The notes below the pieces were generated by a model, which was not told where the DNA came from, ran no database searches, and was given only the letters and a program-made list of their open reading frames with translations. Positions 1-13,600 of a stretch of DNA of 64,000 bases are shown piece after piece. The stretch is from contig QPGO01000169.1 in assembly GCA_008632985.1 (NCBI GenBank), positions 1-64,000 of the forward strand, written 5' to 3'. The translations under genes and the position numbers were made by a program. Each line of letters begins with the position of its first letter. Position 1 is the stretch's first letter. Origin of the DNA: Psammoneis japonica (lineage: Eukaryota).

Positions 1-861
1 AACTGGACACTTCCGAACTGCTGGGACCCGATGGCATCCACAAGTTCCAGTCTCTTGTTGGTTCACTCCAATGGGCAGTGTCCCTTGGTCGAATTGACAT
101 TGCCACAGCCGTCATGTCACTCTCTAGCTTCCGAGCTGCGCCCCGTCAAGGCCACTTGGATCGTGCCAAGCGCGTCTGTGGGTGCCTCCCCAAGATGCGA
201 CACGGTGCTCTCCGCGTTCACACAGAAGAGCCCGACTGTTCGGATCTCCCTGCTCCGGCCTATGAATGGATGCATTCCGTGTATGGTGAAGCAGAAGAGA
301 TGATCCCGGAGGACGCTCCACCGCCCCTTGGCAAGTTCGTCACTACCACCCACTACGTCGATGCAAACTTGCACCATTGCATGCTCACCGGACGCTCTGT
401 CATGGGAATGCTCCACTTCCTCAACAAATTCCCGGCTGATTGGTTCTCTAAGAAACAAGCCACCGTGGAGACTGCAACCTGCGGGTCTGAATTTGTTGCC
501 GCAAGGACTTGTGTTGAGCAGATTGTCGACCTGCGCATCACCCTGCGCTGCCTTGGCATCCCGATCCGTAACGTTAGTTACATGTTCGGTGACAACAAGT
601 CGGTTGTAGACAGTGCCACCATCCCGCACTCCAAGTTACACAAGCGACACACCGCACTATCGTTCCACCGTGTGCGTGAGGCAATTGCCTCTGGTTACCT
701 TGAGTTCCACTTCATCGAAGGCTCCCGCAACCCTGCTGACATTCTCAGCAAGCATTGGGGTTGCTCCCAAATCTGGGACCTTCTCCGCCCCCTCATGTTC
801 TGGAACTTCATTCCATCCGAAGTCGAATCTGTTTCTGTGGCTCCTCAAGCAAACTGGGGAG
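1..861 (+). mobile_element. Ty1/Copia retrotransposon pol 3' end (RT C-terminus + RNase H), partly mutated
   Basis: ORF 78..914 has Copia motifs HYVDANL, TGRSV, WFSKKQATVETAT(C)GSEFVAA, MFGDNKSVV, KRH..LSFHRVREAIA and NPADILSKHWG. A polypurine run GGGGAG sits at 856-861. Confidence 0.93.
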
Positions 862-1137
862 TGACAGGATTTGAACAGGATTTAGGTGCGCGCGAAGCAT
901 CGCGCGCTGTTTAGTTTACCGTGCACAGTTTTGTGTGCTTTGGTTCCGCGCGTTCACGCGCGATGCAGTTTGCTTTCGAGCCACAAGGCTCACAAGAACA
1001 ATGACAGTAGCCCGATCACACCGACTTACACGTCCTTCGGCTCCTGTAACGGTCTCTGAGCGGAGACTCATCTGCTGTTTAGACAGCAGCAAGGAGTCAT
1101 TGTTTGAATTCTTGCCATTTGCCTTCAATTTCTATCA
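862..1137 (+). repeat. Putative 3' LTR of the Copia element
   Basis: Starts TGACAGGATT directly after the polypurine tract and ends AATTTCTATCA, giving imperfect inverted TG...CA ends. Confidence 0.55.
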
Positions 1138-1527
1138 AGAAGAGTGGCTGGGACGCACTCTCAACGAACATGATGCTTGCCAGCTTGCGGGCACAAGTGC
1201 ACCAAAAAGCACATGGTGAAGACACTTTCCACTTTCCTCAGTCAGCTGGACAGTTCAATCATTGCGGACAACACATCCAATCGCTCACCAAACCCTCATC
1301 AACCATGGGATCACCACAAGGATGGTGCCCGCCGCAACGCGCGCAACGAACGCCGCACCGGAGTCACGTACGTACGTCGTCAGTTGTGATGCCGTTCGTG
1401 GTTTGTGCGTTGTAGTGCGTGAAAACGTCGAACTTCGTTCCTCGTCCTGTGATGTTTTTGACGCAATGATGGCACAGTGGTGTTGCGTCGGATACTGCAG
1501 TATTTATTCAACAAACAGAGAAGAAAT

Positions 1528-3071
1528 ATGTACAAACAGCATGGGTGGAATATGCGATTTACTCCAAGAAAGTATCGTGGGCGTCGACTCCACTTTGTTT
1601 TGTTGGTTGTCACGCTCACATCCTCTGCTGGATATTCCACAGGTTCCTGTCTTGGTTTCTCAGATATCAGAAAGAGAGGTACTCCTGTAACGAGAAACGC
1701 TAGATTTGTTGCATCAAGAGGTGGGCCATTGTACGCTGAAGAAAGTATTGAAAATTTAGAGGAAGCAAATCTTAAAACACAACGAGGAATGGCTGTCGCT
1801 CTATTCTCCACTACTTTGCCGTCATGGGAGCCAAGTGCGCACTCCCGTCCGTCCTGTCTCTGCTGCTGTCTCCTGAGTCAGGTCTTACCTTTCCTTCTAC
1901 AGGAAGTTCACCGCAACAACTCATGGCTAGTGTCTTGGCTATTTCTACGGTTGCTATAGCTGTAGGCAAGGCTGTTTCTGGCCCACTGATTGACAAGTAT
2001 GGCGGAATTCTTTCTCTCAAAGTCACGCTTTCGTTATTGATGATCTTGTTGGCATCGATTGCTTCAACACAACAGTTTACTCTATTTGCAATCGCTTGGG
2101 TACTGGTGGATTTTATTTTTGCTTCTTGCTGGGCCAGCTGCGTCAATGCAGTCCATCAAGTGTTTCCTCGCGAAAAGTGGGCGCAACAGATTGGTCAATT
2201 GGCGGCGGCGGCAAGAACCGGAAATGCTGCTGCCTTTACAACTTTTGCGGCTGCTCTACAATGGATGCAACTTCGAACAAAACAAAGCAAACAACCGTGG
2301 CGAGTCGTCTTTTGGGTATCGGCAGCCATGCAGGTGGTGCCCATTTCTCTTTTGACTTACTTTGGGAAGTACGTCGACACGAGTGGGGCAGAAACGACAC
2401 TGGGAAATATGCAAGAGAACAAGCCGTCTGCGCTTGCTGTCCTGAGGCAGGTGTCAAAAACACCAGAGTTTTGGCTCCACATGTGCTCTCGATCTGCACT
2501 CATGGTGTTTGGATCCTTTCTCTTGTTTGTACCGACGCTCATGTCTGGGTGTTATGGCGTGTCGTCATCCTCTGCTTCCAACGTGGGATCCTTGTTTGCA
2601 CTGGGCTGTTTACTCTCGGTTACCACGGGATCCAAGCGATACTCCAAGTTGTCTTGTCGGGGAAAGATTGCTTCTGTCATGACCATGATGGGCGCAGCAA
2701 CTCTAAGCTCCCTTGCGCAATGGGGTCACATGGCTGGCACCATTCACTTGTCAGCCACGGCGAGTGCTACACTCATGTTTTTGTGGGGATTATCCTTTGC
2801 CGTTCCCTTTTATATTCCTCCGTCACTGTACGCACTGTCACGCGGTGGGTCTGAATCGTCCGCAACCATTGTGGACGTGTTTGACTTTGGTGGGTTCAGT
2901 CTCCTTGCGGTATTCAACGGCTATGTAGCTTCTATTAACCACGGTACTCGATCTGCTTGGATACCAACCTTTCAAGTGCTGACGCTCTGCGCCCTCACCT
3001 CGCTGGTGACTCTTGCTCTCGCGGTTTTCTACGAAGACAAATCCGATTCGACAGATAAACGCATAAGTTAA
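1528..3071 (+). CDS. Major facilitator superfamily transporter; apparent 1-bp frameshift near 1810
   Basis: ORF 1824..3071 has many TM helices and motif A-like GPLIDKYGG. The upstream frame from ATG 1528 (…GMAVALFST) joins YFAVMGAK if one base is restored. Confidence 0.85.
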
Positions 3072-3099
3072 TGATGCAATTACCAATTATCCTTAACGA

Positions 3100-6000
3100 T
3101 TACACATCCTTCAGGCGTAGCCTTGGCAACACATTCATGGATTGTAACTCCTGAAAGAGAAGCTTACACGCGTAAGGCAACCGAATATCAGCAACCTTCT
3201 CACCCGAGCGACAATACTGGCACCAGTTTTGGTATTGCAGCAACCCACACGTCAAACACACATTGGCAGAGAAGGCGTCAGAAGAATGCATGAGACGCTC
3301 CATGATCAGGTTGCTCGCCCCGTATGCAATCAAACAATCGCGCTCCATTTCACCCAGCCGTAATCCACCATCTCGTGATCGACCCTCTGTCGGCTGCCTG
3401 GTCAGCACCGCCCGTGGACCACGAGCACGTGCATGCATCTTGTCCAGGACCATGTGCTTGAGTTTCTGGTAAAAGACGGGTCCAGAGAAAATGTACGCGT
3501 CAAGTGGTTCTCCACTGGTGCCGCTGTAGAGAACGTCCTTTCCCATGTAATTCAATCCGTTGCGAACCAAGGCCTCGGAAGCAGCAGCGGCCGTGTCGGC
3601 CGAACCATGTTCTTCACCAAAGGCCGAACCGTAAGCCTGTCGACCTTCGTAGACTCCAGCCTTACCAACTAACAATTCCAACAGTTTGCCCACAGTCATT
3701 CGAGAGGGGAAGCCATGAGGATTCATAATTAGGTCCGGAGGGTGACCAAACTCGTTGAAAGGCATGTCCGCTTGCGGCACAATCAGACCACAAACACCCT
3801 TTTGCCCGTGACGGGATGAGAACTTATCGCCAACTTCGGGTCGTCTTACCTGTCGAAGCATGACCTTAATCAAGAATTGCTCGTTTTCGTTGGAAGTGAT
3901 TATGACTTTATCGACATACGACGGAGCCGCGCTTCGGTAAGACATACTCGAAGGCTTGTACTGGATCTGCGACGGAGACATGCCTGAGCCTTGTAAACCA
4001 AATTCTGCTACTCCAATGCTGGTAGAAGTATCCGTGGGAGACTCCTTGTTTACCATCACAGCACCACTGTCTAGCATCTCGCCTACACGGCAAATACCAT
4101 CCTTGTCAATCGCCTTGAATTTGAGGAGTCTCTTATCCTCTTCACCATCCGGAGCCTCTGGTGGGCCACAAGTTCGGTCAATTGTTCCATTTCCGTACCG
4201 ACGAATGCTCGTTTGGTGCTTTCGAAGAACCATGCACCGCCCAAAGCCTCGATCAATAGACGCTTTGTTGAGGATGACGGCATCCTCAATGTCATAACCA
4301 CTATATGACATTACCGCGATGCACGCATTCTGTCCCCCGGGGATGTTATCAAAGTTGATCAGATCCAACGTCCTCGACTTGACCATCGGCTTCATGGGAT
4401 AGATGAGAGTGTAAATCAGCCCGTCCATTCTTGCGTACTGATTCATTGAAATCGTCCCCATGGCTTGTTTGCCCATCGCACACTGGTAGGTGTTTCGCGG
4501 AGATTGGTTGTGATGAGGAAAGGGAACCAGTCCAGCAACTACACCAAGGATAGTAAGAGGATCAATCTCCAAGTGCGTATAAGCCATTTTGCTCTTTCGT
4601 GTGTCCTTTTCGTAGGCCTTCAAGTCGCCCTCTGTCACAGCAATAAGGGTGTTGTTCTCCTCGTTGCAGTCCACGTACTCGACGATTCCCTGCCGTAGCA
4701 AGTCTTGAATGTGAAGCGTCCCGAGTGCCAGACCCTCCAGGTGCACTTGACGAAGCTTTGACTTCCCCGCCTCGTCCACAATAATCAGAGGTCGACAAAC
4801 ACGACCGCCATCGGTGGCAATGTGAACAGCGCGTTGTCCCTCGTGAAGGTACACTGATACGAATTCTCCTACCAGTCCCCTTCGTCGCATGATTCGAAGG
4901 TTCTTCACCAACGCTTGGGGCCGAGTGTGGACACCGAGAATATTACCGTTGAGAAAGACGAGGTAGGCACCAAGTGAATGAATTTCGTTCCCAGACAGAC
5001 GCCTCACATCTTCGACACCTAAATCCCGACAGAGCCTTTCAATAGGGACGGACTCTGGGTCATCCTTGGTGATGTGTGCCAAGAGCGCCAAGTTTTTGAC
5101 TAAACCACAAGCTTCTCCTTCAGGTGTATCGGCTGGACAAAGCATTCCCCATTGACTCGGCTGAAGGGACCGGGGTCCAGACACCTTACGGGTCTTCTCG
5201 AACTGACTGTTAACACGCGTCATCATCCCCAAGGCGGAGACATAGGAGAGACGAGACAAGACTTGAGTAACTCCGGCTCTATCCATACGAAAGCGCTTCA
5301 AAACCCAGTTACCAGTGCTAATTGCGGTAACCATACCGTTCGTAATGGTATCTGGCCGAATCGTCTTGACGACGTCGAACGCCTGAGCTCTGTTTGGTTT
5401 GGAGAGCACAACATCAGCTTGGCGTTTGAGGTCCTTGTTGAAAAGCTTGAATAAATCCTCAAACAACAAGGAGAGCAAGTTGCCAGCCAACTCGAGTCTC
5501 TTGTTTCCGTAGTAGTCTTTGTCGTCCAAACCACTTTTTCCCATTTGCACCATCATGACACGGCGAATAATATGGCCCACGTAGATGCATTTTGGCCAGA
5601 AATCAAAGCTCTTTACGGGAATGTGACTCAACACAACATTGGCCAACACGTCACGTGCTTCATCTTCTGGACTGGTAGTTTTCTGTCGGAACCACCCCGT
5701 TGTGGCGCGGCCTCGGACACGAGACCCAATGTACTTCAACGCTTGAAGCTGAGTTTGAATACCCAGTCTCGCGGGCTCTTCCAGAGATAATGCCATGGCA
5801 TTCACCAACTCGGGCTCTGAACCAACCAACTGTACCATTTCCAGGTCGGATTCAACACCCATCGCCTTTAGAATGATACAGATTGGTACATCTTCTCCCA
5901 ATGTGTTGTTCTTCATGTACACCTTGAGGTTCTTGACAAAAATGTACGCCTTGGACTTGCGTTCGTGTGTCGATGATGTAATGGACGCCATGATACATCC

Positions 6001-7065
6001 CTTAGAATCTTCTTCCAGAATGACACGATTTTTGGAGAGCTGTTCTTGAATCAAAATCACCTTTTCCACTCCCTTGATGATAAAGTATCCGCCCGGATCA
6101 TACGGGCACTCCTTGAGTGCCGCCAACTGCTTCTCCGTCTTGTCCGCCAAGAGACACTTGGTCGATCGCAGCATGATTGGCATGCGTCCCACCAGTACCT
6201 TCTTTTTGACCACAATTTGACGTCCACGTGTGTATCGCACATTGACGTAAATGGGTGCGGAATAGGTACAATCCCGGAGACGGCACTGAAAGGGCGTAGC
6301 TTGCGTAGACGCATACGAGTCTTCCTCGACACTGGGTTCACCCACCCAACAATCCGTGTATCGCAAATAAAACTTGGGATCATGCTCGCTGCGAATTTCA
6401 CACGCCGAGGGTGATTGAACAATTTCACGAATTTCCTGCGTGCAGAAATGGTTAAACGAATCAATGTGTTGTTTCATGAGTCCGCGGAGCTTCAGGAAAT
6501 GTGGTAATAAGCGCCACTTGTCCTTGAGAGACTTGACAGGAGCGTCTACAGGAGTCATGGTTTCGTCCTTGTATCCATACAACGATTGGAAGGCTGCTTC
6601 CGAAGCTCCAAAATCATCATTATTTTCATCCTCGCCAGAATCCACCTGATCAATCACTTTCTGCCCATACACATGATCAAATCCTTCGCGTGGAAACACG
6701 AGCGGTTCCAGATTTGAATCGCGCCATTGACGCCACGCCTTGACTTCGGCACGACTCTTTATTGTAATGCCTCCACCACTACAACCCGGTGGACTCGCCC
6801 GAACACGAGCCCAACCCTGCTCTTGTTGTTTGGAACGAGTTGCCACGGGCTTGACCGGCTCGGCCCATGCATTGGTGAGTGGGACCTTTTTCAAATCAAC
6901 CAGCTTGTCAAGAAGCTTGCCATCATCCAGTAAAAGATCCTCATGTTCTTGCTTTATGGCTACTACTGGCGCTGCAGCTTTTTCTTGCGGCTTTTTTCCA
7001 CCGCGTTTTTTGGCAGCCGTTTTTGGTCGAAACCGCGGCTTGCTGTTTCCACCGCGCCCCGGCAT
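3100..7065 (-). CDS. POLR3B: DNA-directed RNA polymerase III second-largest subunit
   Basis: 1321-aa ORF with [74 protein letters not shown] and [15 protein letters not shown]. Confidence 0.98.
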   Translation of the reverse strand: MPGRGGNSKPRFRPKTAAKKRGGKKPQEKAAAPVVAIKQEHEDLLLDDGKLLDKLVDLKKVPLTNAWAEPVKPVATRSKQQEQGWARVRASPPGCSGGGITIKSRAEVKAWRQWRDSNLEPLVFPREGFDHVYGQKVIDQVDSGEDENNDDFGASEAAFQSLYGYKDETMTPVDAPVKSLKDKWRLLPHFLKLRGLMKQHIDSFNHFCTQEIREIVQSPSACEIRSEHDPKFYLRYTDCWVGEPSVEEDSYASTQATPFQCRLRDCTYSAPIYVNVRYTRGRQIVVKKKVLVGRMPIMLRSTKCLLADKTEKQLAALKECPYDPGGYFIIKGVEKVILIQEQLSKNRVILEEDSKGCIMASITSSTHERKSKAYIFVKNLKVYMKNNTLGEDVPICIILKAMGVESDLEMVQLVGSEPELVNAMALSLEEPARLGIQTQLQALKYIGSRVRGRATTGWFRQKTTSPEDEARDVLANVVLSHIPVKSFDFWPKCIYVGHIIRRVMMVQMGKSGLDDKDYYGNKRLELAGNLLSLLFEDLFKLFNKDLKRQADVVLSKPNRAQAFDVVKTIRPDTITNGMVTAISTGNWVLKRFRMDRAGVTQVLSRLSYVSALGMMTRVNSQFEKTRKVSGPRSLQPSQWGMLCPADTPEGEACGLVKNLALLAHITKDDPESVPIERLCRDLGVEDVRRLSGNEIHSLGAYLVFLNGNILGVHTRPQALVKNLRIMRRRGLVGEFVSVYLHEGQRAVHIATDGGRVCRPLIIVDEAGKSKLRQVHLEGLALGTLHIQDLLRQGIVEYVDCNEENNTLIAVTEGDLKAYEKDTRKSKMAYTHLEIDPLTILGVVAGLVPFPHHNQSPRNTYQCAMGKQAMGTISMNQYARMDGLIYTLIYPMKPMVKSRTLDLINFDNIPGGQNACIAVMSYSGYDIEDAVILNKASIDRGFGRCMVLRKHQTSIRRYGNGTIDRTCGPPEAPDGEEDKRLLKFKAIDKDGICRVGEMLDSGAVMVNKESPTDTSTSIGVAEFGLQGSGMSPSQIQYKPSSMSYRSAAPSYVDKVIITSNENEQFLIKVMLRQVRRPEVGDKFSSRHGQKGVCGLIVPQADMPFNEFGHPPDLIMNPHGFPSRMTVGKLLELLVGKAGVYEGRQAYGSAFGEEHGSADTAAAASEALVRNGLNYMGKDVLYSGTSGEPLDAYIFSGPVFYQKLKHMVLDKMHARARGPRAVLTRQPTEGRSRDGGLRLGEMERDCLIAYGASNLIMERLMHSSDAFSANVCLTCGLLQYQNWCQYCRSGEKVADIRLPYACKLLFQELQSMNVLPRLRLKDV

Positions 7066-8279
7066 GGTTATTCAACAAGTAAGAACCTGACCAGAGGAGA
7101 AATGTTACAATGTCTCTTTATCTCTATGGAAGGATAATCCCATTTTCAGAAGCCATTGTCCGCTGTGCCGCTTTGAAAAAGCGGAAGGTCCGAGATTCAC
7201 ACCGTCTGTCGTCGCCCGTTGTCAGGGCCCAACTAGTGGTACAATCAACACACGAATGCATCATCTGTTGCACAGGACACAAAAAGAGAGAATAAACGCC
7301 AAAATGGAAGGCTTTTGGAGATTCTCCAGACAGCCAAAACACCAGCTGGGTGGAGTTCAAAAAAGAGAGGAGAGTTGCTGGAGCACCAAGAGCCCATCTT
7401 CACAGGACTTTGGAAATGACCCGCCACCGTGGGTGTCTGGCACGATTCACAGACAGCCAAACACACACAAAAATGGAAGGGCTTTCAGAGATTCTCTAGA
7501 TCCAATCATGTTGGCCAAAAACAAAACAGCTTTGCAGACCTCAGTGCAAACTCTGCACACAGACCCATCTGCCCAAAGGAGTGTGCGTTTGGCCATGTGG
7601 GTGGCGCCATTCGGAAAATTTTCGTCCACGACAAAGATCACCAAATTTTTTGTGTCTTGTGACACTCATCAAAATTAAATCACTGAAGTGTGTGTGTGTT
7701 CTGAAATGACGTCAAACATTTTGTCGCTGAGTTGAACAACGTTTTTGTCCCCCCCAGCTTGTCGCCGGCAACGAAGTTTTTGTCTCTCAGTTGCATCTTT
7801 TCCCAACAAATCAGCAATCCATTTAAGAAAATGTCACCAAGTGCAACAAAAAATGCCGTGTGCCCCTGAGGAGCATGAATGTTTGAAATCACTCCTTGTT
7901 GATGACAGCCCCCCATCTCCCAGACTGGCTGGTGCGAGCACAAAACGGTCGAATGCTGCACAACACAGCAATCCCCCAACAATCTCTAGATCCAAGCCTC
8001 CATTTCAAGCAAATGTCATGAATGTGAGATGCAAAGAAGCGCACCATTAATGAACCAGCCGAAAACACATCATCTTCATTCGCTCGATCGATGCTGGATA
8101 CATCTGTCCGTCGGCCGGCCGCTCTGCCAATCGGGTCCCATAAAGCACAAACGCCCAAGCTTCAAATTATCGCCCATCGCCCATTTTCGCGATTCGCGAT
8201 GCCAAATCCAAAACTGAAAACAGCGGCCGCTTATTGATTGCTTCTCGATTGAATTGACAGTGCCGAGCACGACAACACG

Positions 8280-8897
8280 ATGGAACTCAACCAAGTCAAC
8301 AACGACAATGCCGTAAATGATTTGAGCTTTACAATTCTCTGGTCGCCCCTGCCACCAATCACATGGATCTTACCCTTTATCGGGCACATGGGAATTGCGG
8401 ATTCTCGAGGTGTGGCATCCGACTTTCAAGGCCCGTATACCGTTGGGGATTCTGGTCGCATGGCGTTTGGCAAACCAACACGTGCTCTCAAAATGGATAT
8501 TGGGGGTTTGTCTGGTGAGTGTGATGTTTGACTTACAGTTTCTGATCATAAATCTACGTATGTACGGTACGAGAGATTTTCTGAGCTCACTTTTCGGATT
8601 GTTCCCCTCACTCCAGGAGGAGCAGAACGTTGGGATGAAGCGATTGAAGAAGCCAATGGAGTTTACAGAGGAAGAATGCACAATATATGTTGCGACAACT
8701 GTCATTCACACGTAGCGAATGCCTTGAATCGAATGCCCTTACGAGCCTATGGTGTTTCCCAGTGGGACATGGTGAAACTCTGCTTCTTGGTGCTTTTTAG
8801 GGCCAGGTTCTTGTCGCTCAGTGGTATCTTAGTGCAGTTTGGTCCATTCTGTATCCTCGTGCTTGTTGTTGTCTTGTCAACGACGTTGACGAAATAA
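8280..8897 (+). CDS. TMEM222: TMEM222 / RTE1-like (DUF778) membrane protein; intron 8515..8616
   Basis: Motifs ILWSPLPPITWILPFIGHMGI, DFQGPY, MAFGKP and, after removing the GTGAGT...CAG intron, HNICCDNCHSHVANALN. Confidence 0.92.
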
Positions 8898-9105
8898 TGA
8901 GAGACAAGGTACGTCGGATTGATATTGCTAGAAAAGAAAGGTTTCGTACTTCAAGAGGTTTCAATAACACGATTATGTATTCTGTCGTTCAATGTATAGC
9001 CATCCAGAATGGAGCAGGACGTCACCTCTCTGTCGCTTGCCAACCTGGCGGCCAATGTATATTGAAAGAAAGAATTGACGGATAGGCTGGTGAAGTAGGA
9101 TATAC

Positions 9106-10383
9106 TTAGCCCTTGCAAAGCGGAACGAACTTTTCGTCCAATTCGTTCATGATCTTCCACACTGCGGTATTGCTATTGATGACACTCTCCTTCCACTTCT
9201 TGGAAGCTCTCTCGGCCTTGGCAGTCGCAAGCTTTGGCTTGATGACGTCTTCAAGGAATGCCTTGTCGAAAATGTCCCTATTCTCGTATGCACCGACAAA
9301 GTTCTCCACCAATTCAATGGCGCACGCGCTTGCTTGTTTGCCAATGGCCTTGGAAAAGCTAGGGGCGGTATCACCAAGAATCTCAACCCATTTCAATGCA
9401 GACCTGAGACTTCGGAGGGACGCAGCCACTTTGCCCTTTTTCATTATGCTCTGAGTGTTGACGACCTTGAGCCGAGACGCATCGTATGCATCTTGTCCAT
9501 CACCAAATTTTGTGCGCATGCCGTAGGTGGATACCAGGTTGTCAAGGCACGACGTGTAAGCACACGTAACCTCCTGGAAGTTAACGGGAAACGGTCCGTC
9601 AGGTGCTTCGCTTTGAAACTGAAACACTATAACGCGTCCGCTATTAGGACTGCGAAGACCGCTATTAGCAGCATCGTAGAACGGTGCACCGATTGCAACA
9701 AGCCCTCCATCTCCCGCAATGGAGACTCGGCGAGCAAACGCGTCTAAACCGACGAAAATGATGTCACCTCCTGTTTGAATCCATAAGGAGCCATCAAAGT
9801 CGTAAACTCGGGCTTTTCCAAAAAATTCGTTGGTACCAAGCCTTCTAGAAAATCCAAGCACTAAACGCCGACCGTCGCTAGACACGGCTGCGTCAAAACC
9901 GTAAGTAGAAAAAATCTCGCTCGCACCAATCACAATCTCTCCGGATTGTTCCCAAGACTCACTGACCAAATGAAACGAGCGGACAAAAACCGATTCATTG
10001 GGAGAAGCGTTTGTGCCAGTTACAATGTGATCGCCTTTGGATGACATTGCCAAAAAGAGTCCGTCGAGCTCGAGTCCAACCTGACTCCAAGAAGACCCAG
10101 TTTCTTCGTAAATATGTACTTCTGATGACGAGTCAGGGAAGAATGTTCGTCTCGCCTCTTCTACTGACACAGCGATGCGTTTTCCATCTCGAGACAAATG
10201 TACATTTCGAGAAGAAACGTCGATTCTAGAAGTCAATTCCCAGGAACCTCCAGTCAAATCGTAAACGTCAACCTTAGCATAGCCATTGTCGTTCACAACG
10301 GTGATGAAACGTCTTCCATCATCAGAAATTTGCGCCGCGAGCCCCATTTGCTGGTTCGCAAAGGTACCGTTAATCGTTGCCAT
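9106..10383 (-). CDS. FG-GAP/beta-propeller repeat protein with unrelated helical C-terminus; 5' end uncertain
   Basis: Repeats of the form (G)..(V)SxDG.R...G....G...V(Y/F)....W.Q.G. The frame stays open upstream of the ATG to a TAG or splice acceptor near 10470. Confidence 0.7.
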   Translation of the reverse strand: MATINGTFANQQMGLAAQISDDGRRFITVVNDNGYAKVDVYDLTGGSWELTSRIDVSSRNVHLSRDGKRIAVSVEEARRTFFPDSSSEVHIYEETGSSWSQVGLELDGLFLAMSSKGDHIVTGTNASPNESVFVRSFHLVSESWEQSGEIVIGASEIFSTYGFDAAVSSDGRRLVLGFSRRLGTNEFFGKARVYDFDGSLWIQTGGDIIFVGLDAFARRVSIAGDGGLVAIGAPFYDAANSGLRSPNSGRVIVFQFQSEAPDGPFPVNFQEVTCAYTSCLDNLVSTYGMRTKFGDGQDAYDASRLKVVNTQSIMKKGKVAASLRSLRSALKWVEILGDTAPSFSKAIGKQASACAIELVENFVGAYENRDIFDKAFLEDVIKPKLATAKAERASKKWKESVINSNTAVWKIMNELDEKFVPLCKG

Positions 10384-10679
10384 GCGTTTATAGGTGGTTC
10401 CGTCCCAATCATAAATAGTCAGATAGCCAAAATCCTTATACTTCTTCTGGTATTCTTCGTATTCCTTTTCCCGTTCCTAGTGGTGGCATACCCGTGTGTA
10501 CGAGGAAGATCAGCAACCATCGACACGGGACTCAGTTCGCCGATCGAAAGATCAATGACCAGCGACATGGGACTGGACTGCGAAGAAATGCGGGTGACTC
10601 GATCTGAGATGATCGCAATCGAACGTTTTCCGAATCAAGAAAACAGACCTTCCAAGTTGGCAGTGAATCAAAAACTCTG

Positions 10680-13600
10680 GCATCATCTGTGTGACTGTGT
10701 CACCTGGTGGGTGCGTTGTCTGTGCTGTCTGCTGTGAGCTGGCTTTGGGCACGACACATGAGGAGCGCAGCTCTTGTTTTGCAAGCCAGCCAAGACTGGC
10801 TGGCATTGGCCTGTGTGCCAACCTCTGTTTTTGGCACCCCCTCATGACCAGGTGTGGCAGTCATTGGGGTGGCTCAGTTCTTCTTGTGGGGTGAGCGAGC
10901 AAAAAAAGAAAAGACACACAATGAGACACCCGCTCTGGCTCAAAAGCAGGCTGAGCTTGCAGCAAGCAAATGGCCAAGCATCAGCAACACCAGATTCCCA
11001 GAGCATTTGCTCTTGTGCTGCTTGTTCGCACAGCAAAGCTTGTCCAAAGTCAGCTTCATCGCCCTTGGGCAATGCCGCAAATCTCCAGCATCAGCTTTGG
11101 AGCCAGATCAAGAAGCAGGCCTGCCTTGCAACTTTTGTGGGCACAAGAGCTGCACCAAGTTGTTTGGAAAAATGCTGTCAATTGTCAGCCATTGTGGAGC
11201 AGGGCCAGCTTTTCACATGTTTTGTTCACAAAGCTCTCAGATGTGCTCCTGCTGCTGCTCTTGACAACACTCTCTCTCTCCACTTTCTGGATGCTCTCAG
11301 CCTCAGCTGTGGCAAGCTTTAGACTGACTCAGCTGTGCAAGTGCTGGCTTCCTTGCTGACCACTTTGGAAAGGCCAGGCATGGAAATGGCAAAAACTTTG
11401 ATCCATTCATTCCAGGTTCTTGCGGGACTTTGAAAAAGCTGTGGCAGGGGCACAGTCAGGGGGGGGCTGGGGGTTGGCTCAGCCTCGCCAGTCTCCACGA
11501 GAACTCACCAGCCCACGAGCTGCACGAGCTCTGAAAAACCTGGTGCATCACATCGCTCTATCTCTTGCCACATTGCTGAAAACTGTTTCCATGTAGAAAA
11601 CCCTGTGGTGAATCATGCGATGCCCATTGCTTCTCAGTCTTTCCAGAAAATTTTTATTCCGGCCGCAGCAGCGGTTCTTTGTCTGTGCTCAGTTGCTTCC
11701 GAGTTGCCGCAAGGATGTCAAACAAGCCCGAGAAGCATGACCTGACAAAGCATTTTTGTCGCATTGGTCGGGATGCCAATGAAAGGAATGTTTCAGGAAA
11801 GACAACTCGAGACAGTGGTGGAACCCCATCCAGAGACGAAGTGGTGCGCCAAAGAACTCTGCAGATGCCTCCACAAGCTCCTGAAACGAACTTCTTAAGT
11901 CCACTCACACGTGTGAATGCCATCAAGTCCCTGTCTGGAACTGAGCGTGAAAACAAGGCAAAAGAACTGTTGGTGCAAGGGTGCCCCAATCAAGTGCTGC
12001 CACGAAAAGAGGATGACACAGTGTGCAGGTTTGGGAAGCAAAACCGGCACTTCCAGAAGTTGTGGACAACCGATTGCAATTGGTTGGAAGTGGATGCAGA
12101 AGGAGAGGATCGAAATGTGTTTTGCCGCCATTGTCAGATTAGAGCAGGGGTCGGCACTCCGGGATCAACTGCGCAGGGTGGGTTGATTCACAACAACGAC
12201 TGCGTGAAAGGAGCAAACGTCAGCAAGACGTGGATCAAAGAAGCAAAGGACAGGTTTGGAAACTTCCTGTGCAGCTCACATTTAGCTTCCATTGTGGCCT
12301 CTCAGGCAAGCAGTGCGAATCGTGAAAACACGCAAAAAATGCATTCAAAGTGTTGTCTGGGTGGAAAAAGGGTGAGCTCGCTTCGCTTGCAGTCAGCCCC
12401 CCCAGTTGATTTGGTCTGGCTGCGCCACTGGCTGTGGGGCAATGTGATGTGGGGCATGCCATTGATGGCACACATCCAGACAATGACTGTGCAGCAAGGA
12501 CTGCAGCCCAACCACCACATGGCCCGCACTTTGCACCACACTTTTGCGCATGAAAATTGTTTGGAATGCAAGCACAAGCCATGATGTGCTGCAGAAAAAA
12601 CAACCACCATCTCTTTGGGGATCAAAACACTTTTTAGAAAGTTGGAGCTCTTCACTGCTTTTGTCCCTTGTTTGCTCCCTGAACATTTGTTGCTTCACAC
12701 ATCTGCTTTGCTTCTGATGGAGTCTGTTTGTCCAGCACTGTGATGATGATGTCACAGCCACTTGCCATTTGCTGCATTTGGCCCCCCCTCATCTTTCTTG
12801 ACATCTTGATGCTTGCCAAGTTTTTGGTGAACAAGGATCAGCTGGAGAACAAGCATGATGTGTGGAAGAAGTGCAAAAGATTGTCATCCACAGCAGCACC
12901 AGGAGCCAAACACCATGATTTGCTTTCATGTTTTTGTGACCAACAAAGCCACATGAATGAGCAACATGCCATGTTGTCCCCATCATTGGCTGTGCTTGAT
13001 CATCTTTTTGCCATGATTTGCTCATGAGCTGCTCTGCAAAGTTCTTTGTGGTCAGTTTGTCAGTTTCCACTTTTTTCTTGGAGAGTGCAGTGCCCTTTCT
13101 CTCTTCATTGCTCAAGGGTCACCTGTGCAGATGCAGCACAATTGCCAAGCAAATGCTTGCCACACTTGCACTGCCCTCATTGAAAACCAACTCTGACAAG
13201 CAATTTCAGTCTTCAGCTTTCACACACAAACAAGAGATTGGCCAGCACACACACACATGTTGGTGCTCATCACACAATCCTGAAACAGCTGAGGCCATGC
13301 CAGAGTTGATGCAGATTGCCGCTGTTTTGAACCAACAGCTTGGCCCTGCCAGTTGAAATGAGTTGGGACATGAGTCATTTGAGAGTTGAAAAGGTTGCAG
13401 CAAAGGAGCACAATGTGCCCCAGCAATCCAAGATCAGCACTCTTGAAAATGAATGTGCTTTGCTCTGCGGTGGCCATTGGGACACTGCTGGGAGCATTGG
13501 CATGGCCAAGAGAGTGTTTGGCTGAATCAACAAGTGGCAATGAACTCAGAGGTGGAGCTGCATGTTGCCTCTGCCTCGTCTGTCATCATTGACATTGGTG

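Noticed and set aside
3263..6933. Antisense ORFs overlapping POLR3B and other real genes
   Set aside because: Shadow frames of genuine CDSs with no recognisable motifs.
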